From positions 14,012,001 to 14,076,000 of the forward strand of contig OZ024750.1 in assembly GCA_964016885.1 (NCBI GenBank): a DNA stretch of 64,000 nucleotides. The letters are read 5' to 3'. Position numbers and translations under genes: made by a program. The notes under the pieces were generated by a model. That model worked only from the letters and a program-made list of their open reading frames with translations, made no database searches and had not been told where the DNA came from. How positions within the stretch are numbered: the first letter of the stretch is position 1; each line of letters starts with the position of its first letter. This stretch comes from Eledone cirrhosa. Lineage: Eukaryota. This document shows, in pieces, positions 42,887 to 58,105 of the stretch.

Positions 42887-43010
42887 AATGGTGGTTGTTT
42901 ATTCTCCTACTATAATTTTATATATATATATATATATTTATATTGATATATTGATATGTATATCAATATATCAATATATATATATATTTATATATTGATA
43001 TATATATATA

Positions 43011-43304
<294 letters not shown>

Positions 43305-43897
43305 GCTTGTCATTTGCTCTATATTTCATTTACCACAATTTACCATATTATTCATGACAATCTCGTTCTTCTGAATAAAGATGGTCTTCTTGTTCTTTCT
43401 ACGTTATCAACACTTTCGTTTTAATAATATTTCTGAGATATGTTCATTTATTCTTATTGTCTGCTATGTGATGTGCAATTCGATATGCTACAACAAAGTT
43501 TTGTGGTCAGGCATGAGAAGTAGAAATAGCAACTGACATTTATGGTAAAAGTCTCAACTGACCTACTATCACTTCCACCAATGTCAGCCATATAGCATAT
43601 ATAGCAAATAACACAAATTCTACAGTTTTAGTCGGTATTGGTAGATGTGCAATAATGACATATGCAATACAAGATTCTAATATAAAGCGTATGGAGATTT
43701 GCAGTGTTTTTCGAGCTGTATATTTGTGTAGTATATATAACAGTCTGTTTATGTCAAAGGTTTTGACATATGAATGTATGTGGTATAACAAAGTAACTTG
43801 TTTTATTTTATTGGTAAAATTTGCCATACTATAGCTAAGTAGGTAGCCTGCTTCACTTTCAACTGGAATAAGATGCGTATGTGTGTGTGGATATCTG

Positions 43898-43934
<37 letters not shown>

Positions 43935-43941
43935 ATATCTG

Positions 43942-43974
<33 letters not shown>

Positions 43975-45803
43975 ATGGAGGGTATCTGTGTGCATCAGTT
44001 GGTTCCGGTGAGATGTTTGATCAATGAGACAGTCTGCAAGTAAACCTAATCTGCAAGTGTCTGAGCATTCTACACACATTCATATCATTACGACTCATTT
44101 CATCCAGTTGAATAGAATGGAGCAGCGAGAACTTAAGTTTAGTCGCCAATCACTCGAGAACTTAAGTGTTGTGCTCACAGATACAACGCGCTGACGGGAA
44201 TCAAACTCACAACCTTATGGTCTTATGTCAAACATAACCAAGCCATGCACCCTCAATAGTTTACAATCTAGTGAAACAGAAAGGGGTGGAGGTCAACCAC
44301 CAGGGAGGGGTTCCTCCAACAGGCGTGAGAAGGCCCTGGGTTATATTGGGTTGGAATAATAAAGATCTCAGATTAAGTGGGATGCAGTCAGGTCGATTTA
44401 ATTGACTGGTAATTTTGTGGTGGTGGTGGTGATGGTGGTGGTGATGATGGTGGTGGTGGTGATGGTGGTGGTGGTGATGATGGTGGTGGTGGTGGTGATG
44501 GTGGTGGTGATGGTGGTGGTGGTGGTGATGGTGGTGGTGATGGTGGTAGTGGTGGTGGTGGTGGTGGTGGTGGTGGTGATGGTGGTGGTGGTGATGGTGG
44601 TGGTGGTGGTGGTGGTGGTGGTGGTGGTGGTGGTGGTGGTGATGGTGGTGGTGATGGTGGTGGTGATGGTGGTGGTGGTGATGGTGGTGGTGATGGTGGT
44701 GGTGATGGTGGTGGTGGTGATGGTAGTGGTGGTGATGGTAGTGGTGGTGATGGTGGTGGTGATGGTGGTGGTGATGGTGGTGGTGATGGTGGTGGTGATA
44801 GTGGTGATGGTGGTGATGGTGGTGGCGGTGGTATTGGTAGTGGTTTTGATTGTCGTCGCCGTGGTCGCCGACATGCCGGTAGGGGTGATAACAGCAGAGA
44901 CAAAGAAAGATGTCCTCTGTCAGAGTACGACACATTCTGTTACTCTGCAAATATTATTGAATGTTAATGAGAGCGGTGGATAGGCAGTATCGGTGGAGGG
45001 TCTGACGCCATGCTTTGCAGCATAGAGTTACGGCCCTTTATGGTCTGAGTTCAAATCCCGCCGAGGTTAACCTTGCCTTTCATCCTTACGGGGGTCGGGT
45101 CGATAAAATAAAGTACCAGTAATACACTGGGATAATTGCTGGCCTTGTGCCAAAAGTAGAAACAATTATTGAATGTTAATGATGATGGTGATGTGAATGA
45201 ATAATAATTGTTTCTACTTTTGGCATAAGGCCAGCAATTATCTCAGTGTATTACTGGTACTTTATTTTATCGACCCCGTAAGGATGAAAGGCAAAGTTAA
45301 CCTCGGCGGGATTTGAATGAATAATAATGAAACGTTTAATCAATGTTGTTTTGTTTTTCCGTATTTCTATTTACTGTACAACATTTCTACAGTTATTTTT
45401 AATTTTATTTTCAATTCATTGAGTCAAAATCAGCCAAGAACCAGCAGCTAGCTAATTATCTCATCCTTCATTCCTGCCATTCATAGATACTGCTAATGAA
45501 ACATAACACATATAGCAAGCTGATCATAGCTTCAGAGGAATATATATAGAACCGTGTGTGGAGATCTGTAATGTTTTGCATAATGGCGGAGAATTAGCAG
45601 AGTTGTTAGAAGATCGGATAAAATGCTTTGCGGTAATCGTTTCGGCTCCTTGCTCCCCTCAGTTCAAATCCTGCCGAGGTCAACTTTGCCTTTCATCCAT
45701 TCGAGGTCGATAAAAAAAGTACCAGTCAAGTACTGGGGTCGATTTTTCTTCTATATCTCTTTCCCGCTTTCAATCTCTCACTCTCTAAATTGTATTTAAA
45801 CTG

Positions 45804-45974
45804 CCGTATTTCCCGGCGTCGAAGATGCTACTTTTTTTTCCTAAAATAAGTCTCAAAAATCTATCATGCGTCCTGGAGGCCGAAGGTTATTTATTATTTT
45901 TTTTTCAAATTTTTGGTTGTCAAAATTAGGATGCGCCCTCGAAGACGAAGCGTCTTCGGCGCCGGGAAATACGC
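45804..45974. mobile_element. pogo/Tigger-like MITE
   Basis: TIR ccgtatttcccggcg.cgaaga / tcttcggcgccgggaaatacg. A truncated reverse copy lies at 52236-52385. Confidence 0.7.
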
Positions 45975-47319
45975 TACTTAAATTTTGGTCTTCAAATAAA
46001 AGTGCTGTCTTCATTTAAAAGGTTTCAAAATCAATAATAATATATATCAAATAATTGTTTCTACTTTAGACACAAGGCAAGGAATTTGAAGAGGAGGGGG
46101 AAAGTCGATTAAATCGATCATAGTGCTTACTTGTGCTTTATTTTATTGACCCAGTTAGGATAAAAGGCAAAGGTAACCTCGGCGGGATTTGAACTCAGAT
46201 CGTAAAGTGGCGTAACCTTATGCCATAAAGCATGTTGTCCGACGCTCTACCTATACTGCAAATCTACCGCCTTTGATGACAAAAATATTAGAAAGTATTT
46301 CTGATAACAATTAGAAGAGACCCTAACTAAAAATCAAAACAAAGTCCAGGTGTCTGGTTGTTAATGTTTCGGTCTAGTTACATCAATAAGGAGATCAATC
46401 AATAGAAAATGCTTCAAACATATTTCAAACCTTAGAATATGAAACTTTTATGTGCTGTAATTTGACATGATCAGACGATCGAAGTTTCAAGTTTAACTAT
46501 AGCTAACAATTCTAATTTGCAACCTCCTCTTATTCCAGCATAAAACAAATGTCAGACATAACTGCATCTGAAAAGTCTGGACAGGAATTAACAGGAATTA
46601 ATGTTAGAAAAAAAAAAAAAAGGACACAACGTGAATTCAAAGACCAAGTATTCGGTGTTGCAACGATGCTAATAATGTCTTCAAAGATGAGAGAAATTGG
46701 TGATTATGGAGTATAAATGTCATAAACACTAATTTCTTCTCTCTTTGAAGTTTATAAAGTTAATCAGTCGTTAGAAGTACTAAACAATAGACATACCATA
46801 TCTATGTGAGATAAATAAAATACTGACTGATTGTTTCATTGTAGGTCACAAATAATTATACTAGCGTGTCTTTTAGTGTAGAATACCAGTATGAATGTGT
46901 GCGTGTGTTTGTGTCTCAGTGTTTCGTGTACAAAACAGAGTCTATATACCCAGGTACATAGACACACGTTTGTGTGAATAAGAGACTAAAACTGTGTGCT
47001 ATAAATTGGTATCAGTTGCCAGTAAATATAGCGTAACTTCACACTTCAGAGCAATGTTTTTTGTAAGTTTTATGTATAAAGTTAATACAGTGTATTCAAT
47101 AAAGTTTTTATTTTTATTATTTTATTATTATCGTCCTGTATTGTCCTGTACTGTCCTTAATGTCTACTTTATGTAAACCCTTGTGGTTAATAAAGAAAGC
47201 ATTATTATTATTATTTTTTTTTTTTTTTTTAAATATATTCTTATATATAATTACTTAAAAGATATGTATCTTTATAAATGAATCGTTTGTTTTCACACAC
47301 ACACATATCACAGATACAC

Positions 47320-47367
<48 letters not shown>

Positions 47368-47731
47368 CTTCTATGTATAAATATATCTATATATAAATAT
47401 ATCTAATCTATATATATATATATATACATATATATATGTATATGTATATATGTACATATGTATATGTGTGTTTTTATGTCCCGTAACCTAATCGGTTCGG
47501 CAAATACTGATCGATAAAATAAGTAGGTACCAAAATAGAAGAAATAAATACTTGGTTCGATATGATTAACTAAATCCAGATGGTGCCCTAGCATTCCTCT
47601 GAATAATGACTGAAACCCTGAAATCAGTAAAAATATAGAAAAATGAGCGTGAGAGAGAGAAAGAAAGAGTTAGCGTGTATGTATGTGTGTGTCTGTGGTT
47701 GTGGATGTGTGGGTACGATTATAGAGAGGTA

Positions 47732-47830
<99 letters not shown>

Positions 47831-48184
47831 GCTGTAACTGGGTAATTTTATTGATAAATGACTCCAGTCGCCAGGGGAATTAATAATTGTTTCTACGTTA
47901 GGCACAAGGCCAGCAATTACCCAGTGTATTACTGGTACTTTATTTTATCGACCCAGTAAGGATGAAAGGCAAAAATAATGATGGATTTTGTTTTTGTGAC
48001 TAAAGTTTCCTCGAAATTATTTCTCTAGTTTAGATTGTGTGTGTGCGCGCGCGTGCGTGTGTGTGTGTGTGTGTGTGCGTGTGTGCGTGTGTGTGTTACG
48101 AAACGAGTACACGCAAGGGATGATGGAAGGAACGATATTAAAGTTGGTATAAGTGAAGAAATATATATTAGGAAAAAATAGATA

Positions 48185-48411
48185 TATTTCTATTTATTGC
48201 CACGAGGGCGCAAAAGAAGGGGACAAGTACAATGGGGGGAGTTTACACAAAAAGGCGAGTAAAGAAAACAAATAACAAATATAAAATTAACAATAAAGTC
48301 CTCAATAGGGAGGAGGCGTTTTGGGGGGTCGCACCCCCCCCCCGAAAAAAGTGTGCAACCCTTCTTCTCAGGAGCACAGAGAGAGGGTGCTCCCTCGTTC
48401 CTTCATCTTTT
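48185..48411 (-). mobile_element. Tx1-like 3' UTR fragment (subfamily C) with 24-bp target-site duplication
   Basis: Reverse complement resembles 25555-25810. atatatattaggaaaaaatagata is duplicated at 48161-48184 and 48412-48435. Confidence 0.8.
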
Positions 48412-48479
48412 ATATATATTAGGAAAAAATAGATAGATAGATAGATAGATAGGTAGATAGAGAGATAGATAGATAGATA

Positions 48480-49422
48480 GATATATTTCTTTATTAGCCA
48501 CAGGGGCACAAAAGAAGGGGACAAATACAAAGGGGGAAGTTTACATACAATAAAAACGTGTAAAATGTTATCACAAATGGAATTTAAAAAGTTAGTCGAT
48601 TTTCCCCAATAGAGGGAGACAGTTTATATGGGTAACACATACCCCCGAAAAAAAATGTGCAACCCTCATCTCCAGGAGTACGAAGAGTTTGTACTCCTTT
48701 CCTCTCCTCCTTTTTTTCCTCAACCTACAGGCTGATATAGAGAGATAGATAGATAGATAGATATATTTCTTTATTAGCCACAGGGGCACAAAAGAAGGGG
48801 ACAAATACAAAGGGGGAAGTTTACATACAATAAAAACGTGTAAAATGTTATCACAAATGGAATTTAAAAAGTTAGTCGATTTTCCCCAATAGAGGGAGAC
48901 AGTTTATATGGGTAACACATACCCCCGAAAAAAAATGTGCAACCCTCATCTCCAGGAGTACGAAGAGTTTGTACTCCTTTCCTCTCCTCCTTTTTTTCCT
49001 CAACCTACAGGCTGATATAGAGAGATAGATAGATAGATAGATATATTTCTTTATTAGCCACAGGGGCACAAAAGAAGGGGACAAATACAAAGGGGGAAGT
49101 TTACATACAATAAAAACGTGTAAAATGTTATCACAAATGGAATTTAAAAAGTTAGTCGATTTTCCCCAATAGAGGGAGACAGTTTATATGGGTAACACAT
49201 ACCCCCGAAAAAAAATGTGCAACCCTCATCTCCAGGAGTACGAAGAGTTTGTACTCCTTTCCTCTCCTCCTTTTTTTCCTCAACCTACAGGCTGATATAG
49301 AGAGATAGATAGATAGATAGATAGATAGATATATTTCTTTATTAGCCACAGGGGCACAAAAGAAGGGGACAAATACAAAGGGGGAAGTTTACATACAATA
49401 AAAACGTGTAAAATGTTATCAC

Positions 49423-49423
<1 letters not shown>
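48480..49423 (-). repeat. Tandem array (280-bp period, ~3.4 copies) of Tx1 subfamily B 3' ends separated by GATA repeats
   Basis: Matching ORFs recur at 48592, 48872 and 49152. The unit is the reverse complement of 31195-31450. Confidence 0.88.
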
Positions 49424-49457
<34 letters not shown>

Positions 49458-49458
49458 G

Positions 49459-49517
<59 letters not shown>

Positions 49518-49772
49518 AAGATATCTTTATTTGCCACAAGGGCGTACAAGAAATGGGACATTACAAGACGTGACGGCGGGGTTTTTACATATAAATTATA
49601 CAACTTTAACATTGATATATAACAATAAACTATATATAAAATAAAATAACAGTGGAAATCCCCAGAAGGGATGAACGTTAAAGCGTGGTTGTTTTACACC
49701 CCGTGGATAAAACAACCCTCAACACCAGGAACACGTTTTGTAGGTGTCCCCGTCTTCTCTCTTTTTGTCTTT
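49518..49772 (-). mobile_element. Divergent Tx1-like 3' UTR (subfamily D) in (GATA)n
   Basis: Same terminal motif (cccttgtggcaaataaaga on the minus strand) and equivalent hairpins, but otherwise divergent sequence. Confidence 0.65.
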
Positions 49773-49859
49773 GATAGATAGACAGATAGAGTGACAGACA
49801 GACAAATAGATAGATTTATAGATATATATATATAGAGCTAGATATATATATATATAGAT

Positions 49860-50218
49860 ATGTTTCTTTATTAGCCACAAGGGCACAAAAGAAGGGGACA
49901 AATACAAAGGGGGAAGTTTACATACAATAAAAACGTGTAAAATGTTATCACAAATGCAATCTAAAAAATTAGTCGATTTTCCCCAATAGGGGGAGACAGT
50001 TTATATGGGTAACACATACCCCCGGAAAAAAATGTGCAACCCTCATCTCCAGGAGTACGAAGAGTTTGTACTCCTTTCCTCTCCTCCTCCTTTTTCTCAA
50101 CCTACAGGCTGATATAGAGAGAAGGCCCATTCACTTGGGCCATTCTCGCCACTTTCACCCACCTTTCATAAAACTTGCTGGGGTACAGCACCTCTCTCTC
50201 CATCCTGATTCTTCTATA

Positions 50219-50250
<32 letters not shown>

Positions 50251-50256
50251 ATATAG

Positions 50257-50305
<49 letters not shown>

Positions 50306-50657
50306 TATTTCTTTATTAGCCACAGGGGCACAAAAGAAGGGGACAAATACAAAGGGGGAAGTTTACATACAATAAAAACGTGTAAAATGTTATCACAGAT
50401 GGAATTTAAAAGTTAGTCGATTTTCCCCAATAGAGGGAGACAGTTTATATGGGTAACACAGACCCCCGAAAAAAATGTGCAACCCTCATCTCCAGGAGTA
50501 CGAAGAGCTTGTACTCCTTTCCTCTCCTCCTCCTTTTCCTCAACCTACAGGCTGATATAGAGAGAAGGCCCATTCACTCGGGCCATTCTCGCCACTTTCA
50601 CCCACCTTTCATAAAACTTGCTGGGGTACAGCACCTCTCTCTCCATCCTGATTCTTC
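49860..50657 (-). mobile_element. Two Tx1 subfamily B 3' fragments in tandem (~443-bp period)
   Basis: Both include the ORF2 end ([26 protein letters not shown]) and share the same truncation point and adjacent TA/GATA flank. Confidence 0.85.
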
Positions 50658-50661
50658 TATA

Positions 50662-50693
<32 letters not shown>

Positions 50694-50699
50694 ATATAG

Positions 50700-50778
<79 letters not shown>

Positions 50779-51192
50779 AAAAAAAGAAAGATAGGGATAA
50801 TAAATAAAAAAAGTCATTTGTAATTTTCTTTTTTTATTATTATTATTTCAAACGAAATGATATGCATAAAATATTTCTGAAGTTAGGTTGTTTTTTTTTG
50901 GGGGGGGGGGGGGGGGATGACATGTGTAACGACCATTATTGAGAGCTGAGGGAATTAAAGCGTTAATAAAGATGTTTCAAAAATATAAATATTAACAAAA
51001 TTAAGAAATTGATAAATAAATATACGAAGAAAGACATTTAAAACATTTCTAGAATATTTTCTGATCAAATAATATCGTGAATATGTTAACACTGTAGAAT
51101 TCAACTATCTCTCTCTCTCACACTCCCACATTTGTATATATATTATTATATTTGTGTGTATGTGTGTATGAATATATATATACATATATATA

Positions 51193-51242
<50 letters not shown>

Positions 51243-51820
51243 TATATATATATATATTATATATAATATATATATATTATATATATATAATATATATAAT
51301 ATACATATATATGTGTGTGTGTGTAATATATATATATAATATATACATATTTATATATAATATATACATATAATATATATATAATATCTATATATAATAT
51401 ATATATAATATGTATATATATATATATGTGTGTGTGTGTGCGCGCATGCGTTTAAATGTTCATGTATACAGACACACACACACACACTCACACATACGCA
51501 TGTATGTATGTATGTATGTATGTATGTATGTATGTATGTATGTATGTATGGGAATGAGTCTGTAATTCACGCGATGCCGTAAAAAAATACATGCAAAGGC
51601 TATTTATAAAACCTTCTCTGATTGGTTAATTGTTTTCTAAATGTCAAAGGAAAACAGAATAAATATATTTTGTATTCCAACAAATTTTTAAAATATTCTT
51701 TTATCCGCCTCGTTATTATTATTTCATGATATTTGTTACATAAACATGAATACCCATGTTATTAAAGCCTAATTCGACATATGTGTATAGTGTCATTGAT
51801 ATGGTATCATTTATATAGTA

Positions 51821-52541
51821 CTGGGGTTCTCAAAGTGGGCGCTAGGGCGTTGAGAAGGTCCAGGTAAGGCGCTGGGGCGTAAGGAGTAAATATGGATGGG
51901 GTAGAACAAGGACTTTTGTTTCAGGGGGGTACCAGGAGACAAGTTCCCCCACTTTTTCAAACGTCTATATTTTATTTTTGGTTTATTTGATATAATAAAT
52001 TCTTTTTAAGCTTATTTTTTTATATTTGAACTTCATTTGAATATATAAAATTTAATTAGCGTAAAATTTTATGTGATAGGGTCCGGGAAAGGCACCATAA
52101 GCAACCAACAAATTTTGGTTTGTCCCCCTCACATTTTTAAGGCAAACGAGGCCCCTGGGTAGAGATGATGTAATAGTATATCAAATATCAAATGATACAT
52201 ATTATATATAAATATAGTCAAATAAAAAATATATACCGTATTTCCCGGTGCCGTAGACGCTTCGTCCTCGAGGACGGACCCTAATTTTGACAGCCAAAAG
52301 TTTAAACAAAAATAATAAACAGCTTCGGCCTCCAGGACCCATGGTAGATTTTTGAGACTTATTTTAGGAAAAAAGTAGCGTCTTCTTATTTATTATGCAG
52401 AGTATATATTATATTATTTATTATATATAAATTAACGATTTTATTTATTATATATTATTTACAATCTGTGTGTAGGTGGGTCTCTCTGGAAATAGGGTTG
52501 GGGGCGCTGGGAGTATTAAGTGGCCGTATTGAGAACTTCTG
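51821..52541. mobile_element. hAT-type MITE containing nested insertions
   Basis: TIRs CTGGGGTTCTCAA / TTGAGAACTTCTG and perfect 8-bp TSD ATATAGTA. Confidence 0.75.
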
Positions 52542-53194
52542 ATATAGTATTTATTCGATGAATAAATCCAAACTGAAGGACAGGCAGATCTTCACTCATA
52601 ATTCCGCTTTAACCCCCGATCAGAATTGGATTTAAACTTTGAGGGGCCCAGGGCACTTTAGGTTTGGGGGGGAGGGGGGTCTCATACAGAAAACCCCAAA
52701 ATTTTACATATCATAGTTAGCTAAACGCAAGTAATTGGAATTGAAAAGTTATGCTTTATGGCATAGTGTTACGCCTCTTTGTGATCTGAGTTCAAATCCT
52801 GGCGAGGTTAGCTTTGCCTTTCATCCTTATGGAGTCGATAAAATAAGTACCAATAATGCACAGGAGTCGATTTAATCAACTTGGCCTTGTGTCTAAATCA
52901 GAAACCAATATATTTTCATAGTTAATTGAGAGAAATGGCAGAACGCAATAACAAAATGCAATGTATAATTCAGTTGCGTCATTTACAATTTTAGCGAATT
53001 GCCACGGAATTTCACCTTGCTTTTAATCTCTCTAAGTTTGATAAAATATTTACTAGCCGTAAACTGAAGGCAGTTAAATCAACTTTACCTCCACCTCACC
53101 TATGAATGTCTGGCCTTGTACCAATGTTATAAATCAGCATATATTTCAATCAGTTTTATATTTTTTCTACATGATTTATGTTGATAGTATCTAT

Positions 53195-53356
53195 CTAAGG
53201 CGGGTAAAATTCCCGAGATCCATGGACGAGTTCTCTCCAGCGGTCTCTGTCCCTCATTATCGCTGCCATGTCCTGTGTCTCCAACAGACCAGTGTCTGTC
53301 CTTAGGGCATCAACATATGTTAACCTTGGTCTTCCTCTTCCAGTGTGTCCATGTAG
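53195..53356 (-). pseudogene. RTE-clade LINE 3' end
   Basis: HGHTGRGRPRLTYVDALRTDTGL...MRDRDRWRELV*. Confidence 0.7.
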
Positions 53357-54359
53357 GTTGATAGTATATCGATATTATAAAAATGTATTTATTTTATGTG
53401 ATCGCTCTGGTCGATTGACAAGCTCCCAGACCTCATTTGTTTGCTGAATGGGGTGGACCTCGTAAAAGAAACAATGTTTCCGTTGGTCTTTCTATTGCTG
53501 ATACTATCTACCGGTCACAACGCATCTCCCAGTTCGAGATTTGAACTCGCAACCTCACGATTACGAATCCAACCTTATGTTGATAGTATATCGTTATTGT
53601 AAACATGTTCGATATATTTTATAAAACGATATTCAAGTTTATTTTGTAGTCATTTTTCAAAATCCCATTTGTATACATTTTAAAAATTGAATCTTATTTC
53701 ACTCATCAATTTTAACTTGCTACATTTTTTGACTGGCCCATCACAAAATATAGTAAAATATACAACTATTTTCTAAAGTTTCCTTCGCTGTCACAATAGA
53801 AGATTCGTATTTTCAGTAAAAAATCTATTCTGAAAATATAAAATTTATTTTCCCTTTTTTTATTAATTTTTAAATATAAAATTCCATTTCTTTCAACGAA
53901 CAATGTAAAATATTAATAGTTAATTTGGTAGTAAAACACAAGAGCATTACTAACAGGAAATTTAAAAACAAAAGAGACAAGAAAGATATTAACATGAAAT
54001 ATACTTAAATATGATCAGGTTCTAACATAAAAATGAAGTAAATAAAGAATAGAGAACATTTTTAAGATTGGTAGAAAAGAAAATTCGAAATATGATTGAT
54101 TGCGGTTTTCAATAATTTCTAGAATATTGTAATAATATTTCTGGGAATGTCAAAACTTGAAGACAAGTTTTCAGATGAGTGTGGCAAAAAAAGAAAAAGC
54201 TTTATCTGAAATAAAAAGTAGATAATTAGAAAAAAAAAAAAAAAAAAGAACTGGATGGTTAATATATCAAAAATATAGAAAGAATGGAAAATGTCTTTCT
54301 TTTAAATACACAAAAATAAAGTAAATAAATACTCTTAAATACGTACAGCACACACACAG

Positions 54360-54404
<45 letters not shown>

Positions 54405-54460
54405 ATTGGTGTTGGATGCTTAAAGCGTCCGTATACGGTAGGCCGTATGAGCACTCGATG

Positions 54461-54527
<67 letters not shown>

Positions 54528-56918
54528 GTATAACTGTCTGGGAGTATGTGTGTGGGCGTTTAAATGTATGTGTGTGTGTAAAGATGTGTATGTATATAAG
54601 TAAGTGGGGGTGAGTATGTTTTGTAAGTAATATTCCTTTGGCATATACACCATAGATCTCAGTCAGCACAATTATATTGGTATGTATGTATGTATGTGTA
54701 TGTATGTATGTATATGTATGTATGTATATATGTACGTGTGTGTGTGTATGTATGTATGTATGTATGTATGTATGTATGTATGTATGTATGTATGTATGTA
54801 CGTAAGTATATACACATGTACATATGTATATGCGCGGGGACATAGAAATAGTTGGGCTAGATACCCGATCGCGCGGTTAAACCACTGGGAGTGAAGGACC
54901 CCTAGTCTTTGTCAGGGCATTCTTCTAGGAGAAGACAACTCAGGAAGCTGGGATAACTCCGATATAAAACCTGCAGCTCAGTAGTTACCAATGATGTTGA
55001 TATTTTCTTCTTTTCGGGTTATAGCTACTGTCGCTCAGAGAGTGGGATTGGCTCAGTGCACAGTCTTTCCTCATTAAAAAAAAAATCTTCACGCACAGGC
55101 ATTGAATGATAACATTAGGGTCGGACGCCATGCTTTGACGCATAGAGTTACGGCCCTTGCCATTCTGAGTTCAAATCCCGCCGAGGTTAACTTTGCCTTT
55201 CATCCTTACGGGGTCGATAAAATAAAGTACCAGTAATACACTGGGAAATTGCTGGCCTTGTGCCAAAAGTAGAAACAATTATTATTAATGTTATATCGTG
55301 CAATGGCCATACTCGATAACGAGGGTGCAGCCATCATGTATGGATGTATGTAAGTATATATGCATGTATAGCAAAGTTGGAGTATTGCACATTTTGTCTG
55401 TAATGGCTGGTCTCTTGAGCCGACAATGTAATCTTCCGTAATTTACAGCATCAACACCACGACTTAAATTTGTCATTGTGTAACACCATTGTTCAACATC
55501 TAGCAACAAGTGATCATTGTTTTCCTTTTGTCCGAGGCTATCATGTCCCCCCCCCTCCCCCCATTCTGCTCATTTATTTATATAGTTAGTCTTTTATTGT
55601 TTTACTCTTTTAGGGTGGTGGATTGGCAGTATCGGTAGAGAGTCGGACACCAAGCTTTACAGCATAGAGTTACGGTCCTTTACGGTCTGAGTTCAAATTC
55701 CGCCGATGTTAACTTTGCTTTTTATCCTTACGGGGTTGATAAAATAAAGTACCAGTAACGTACTGGGGTCGATTTAATCGACTTTCCCCTCCCCCCAAAT
55801 TACTGTACTTGTGCCTATACTAGAAATCATTGTTCTCTTTTACTAGTTTCTGACGATGATCGAGCTCCACTTTTGAAGCTATTTAGTCCATCATATCGTC
55901 CCCACTACTTTTATTTCAAGTCTGGTATTATTTTATCGATCTCTTATTGTCGGATTACTGTGTTATAGGACATAAATAAACATAGGTTCAAATAAAGACG
56001 CTTCCACTATGTCGATATAATCAACTTTCCCATTCCTTAAATTACTGGCCTTGAGCAAATATCAGAAAGAATTTTTATATCTAAAATAGGTAAAAGACTG
56101 AAAATTTAGGGGAAGAATATATTCTTCCCCTAAATTTACCCTAGTATTCAATCCTGGGAGTTAACTTCGGCGGTGTTTGAACTTAAGACGGAAAGGGAAG
56201 CAACTACATATGCAAGGAATTTTGTATATTACTCTACGGGTTTTTCTAATCCACCATCCAAATCTAATCTAATCTAATATAATATAATATGCTGATTTTC
56301 ATGTATTGTCTGATGTAGTAAAAGACAGACAAAGGTGGGAACAGGGATGGAATTAAATCAATATTGGAAAATTGTATGGGGATGGCAGAAAGCAAACATG
56401 CACTGACAATCTAAACGCTATGAAAACTGACACGATAAATGAATAGATGCAAATATCTAACATTAAAAAGAAAGAGAATTCTTCCAGATATGATTGTGAG
56501 CGACGACAATAGAGAAAAAATAACGAAGCCCGCTGACTGATTGAACGAATCAAACCTAATGTTTATCATGAATAAATAAACAGCGAAAGCATTTCTTTTT
56601 TTTTTTAATTTACTAATCGATTGAATTTTTGTTTGTTTAATATAGTTGGTGTGTTTGATTTTACAATAAAATTGAGGGAGCAATTTTTGTCCAGCTGATT
56701 GAAAATTGTAATTAATTGTAATGAATTCTGTTCTGTGTAAATTCATAGAGAAAAATAGGGAGAAGTTTCAAATAGTAAAAGGAATAAATAAAATAGGGGA
56801 AAATCATAGGGGATAAACAAAAATATTTAGAAAAGTTTCATTTTTCTTCAAGTAAAAATGGAAGATAAATCGAACACCACGTCGTCCTTAATAAATTATG
56901 AGGCGTTCAGCGAAACTA

Positions 56919-56981
<63 letters not shown>

Positions 56982-57007
56982 TGTATTTATATATATGTAT
57001 GTGTATG

Positions 57008-57040
<33 letters not shown>

Positions 57041-57922
57041 ATATAAATATGTATTTATATATATGTATGTATATATATATATATATATGTGTATACAAGT
57101 ATGTACATATATATATATATATTATATGTGTGTGCGTGTGAATGTCTGTATATATGTATATATATATGTATAAATATTTATACATAAATATATATATGTG
57201 TGTGTATGTGCGTGTGTGTGTGTATAGATATAAATATATATGTGTGTGTGTGTGTGTATAGATAGATATTAATTGATATCTAATATTAGTATACACGTGA
57301 TAATATATACGTGTGTTTTTTAATGTACGTGTGTGCAGTATGATGTGAGTTCCAGATACACCCATCACTTGACTCTCCTATAAATTAAGTTAGTGTCATT
57401 AGAAATTCTTCTAAATTGCTATATGTATATATATGTGTGTGTGTGTGTGTATGTGTGTGTGTGCATAATTTTTCAATTCACAAAGAAGTTCATTTGGATG
57501 CTGACGACTGCGTGAGTGATCAACGATGCTTAAACCTTCATGGATTGGCAGTATCGGTAGAGGGTCGGACGCCATGCTTTGACGCATAGAGTTACGGCCC
57601 TTGCCATTCTGAGTTCAAATCCCGCCGAGGTTAACTTTGCCTCTCATCCTTACGTGGTCGATAAAATAAAGTACCAGTAATGCACTGGGTAATTGTCGGC
57701 CTTGTGCCTATAGTAGAAACAATTATTTCTAAAATAATCCTTCTCAACTCTAGAAAAGAACTTTTCGTTCTTTCGTTTACAAAATCTTCGACCCTCATTA
57801 AATACACCTATTTAGATTCCTGTTCAGGTATTATATTATAAATTTGATTTTGTTACCCATTTTGTTACCCATCTTAGATTTCATGAATTTTAATGAACCG
57901 AAAATTAATTCATAGTTATATA

Positions 57923-57953
<31 letters not shown>

Positions 57954-58019
57954 TTATGTATATGCATCTATGTGCACATTGAAGGAGGCAATTCCAGACT
58001 GACCCTTCATCGAGCACGA

Positions 58020-58104
<85 letters not shown>

Positions 58105-58105
<1 letters not shown>

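Noticed and set aside
55330-55545. Possible DNA transposase remnant on the minus strand
   Set aside because: Too degenerate to assign without a profile search.
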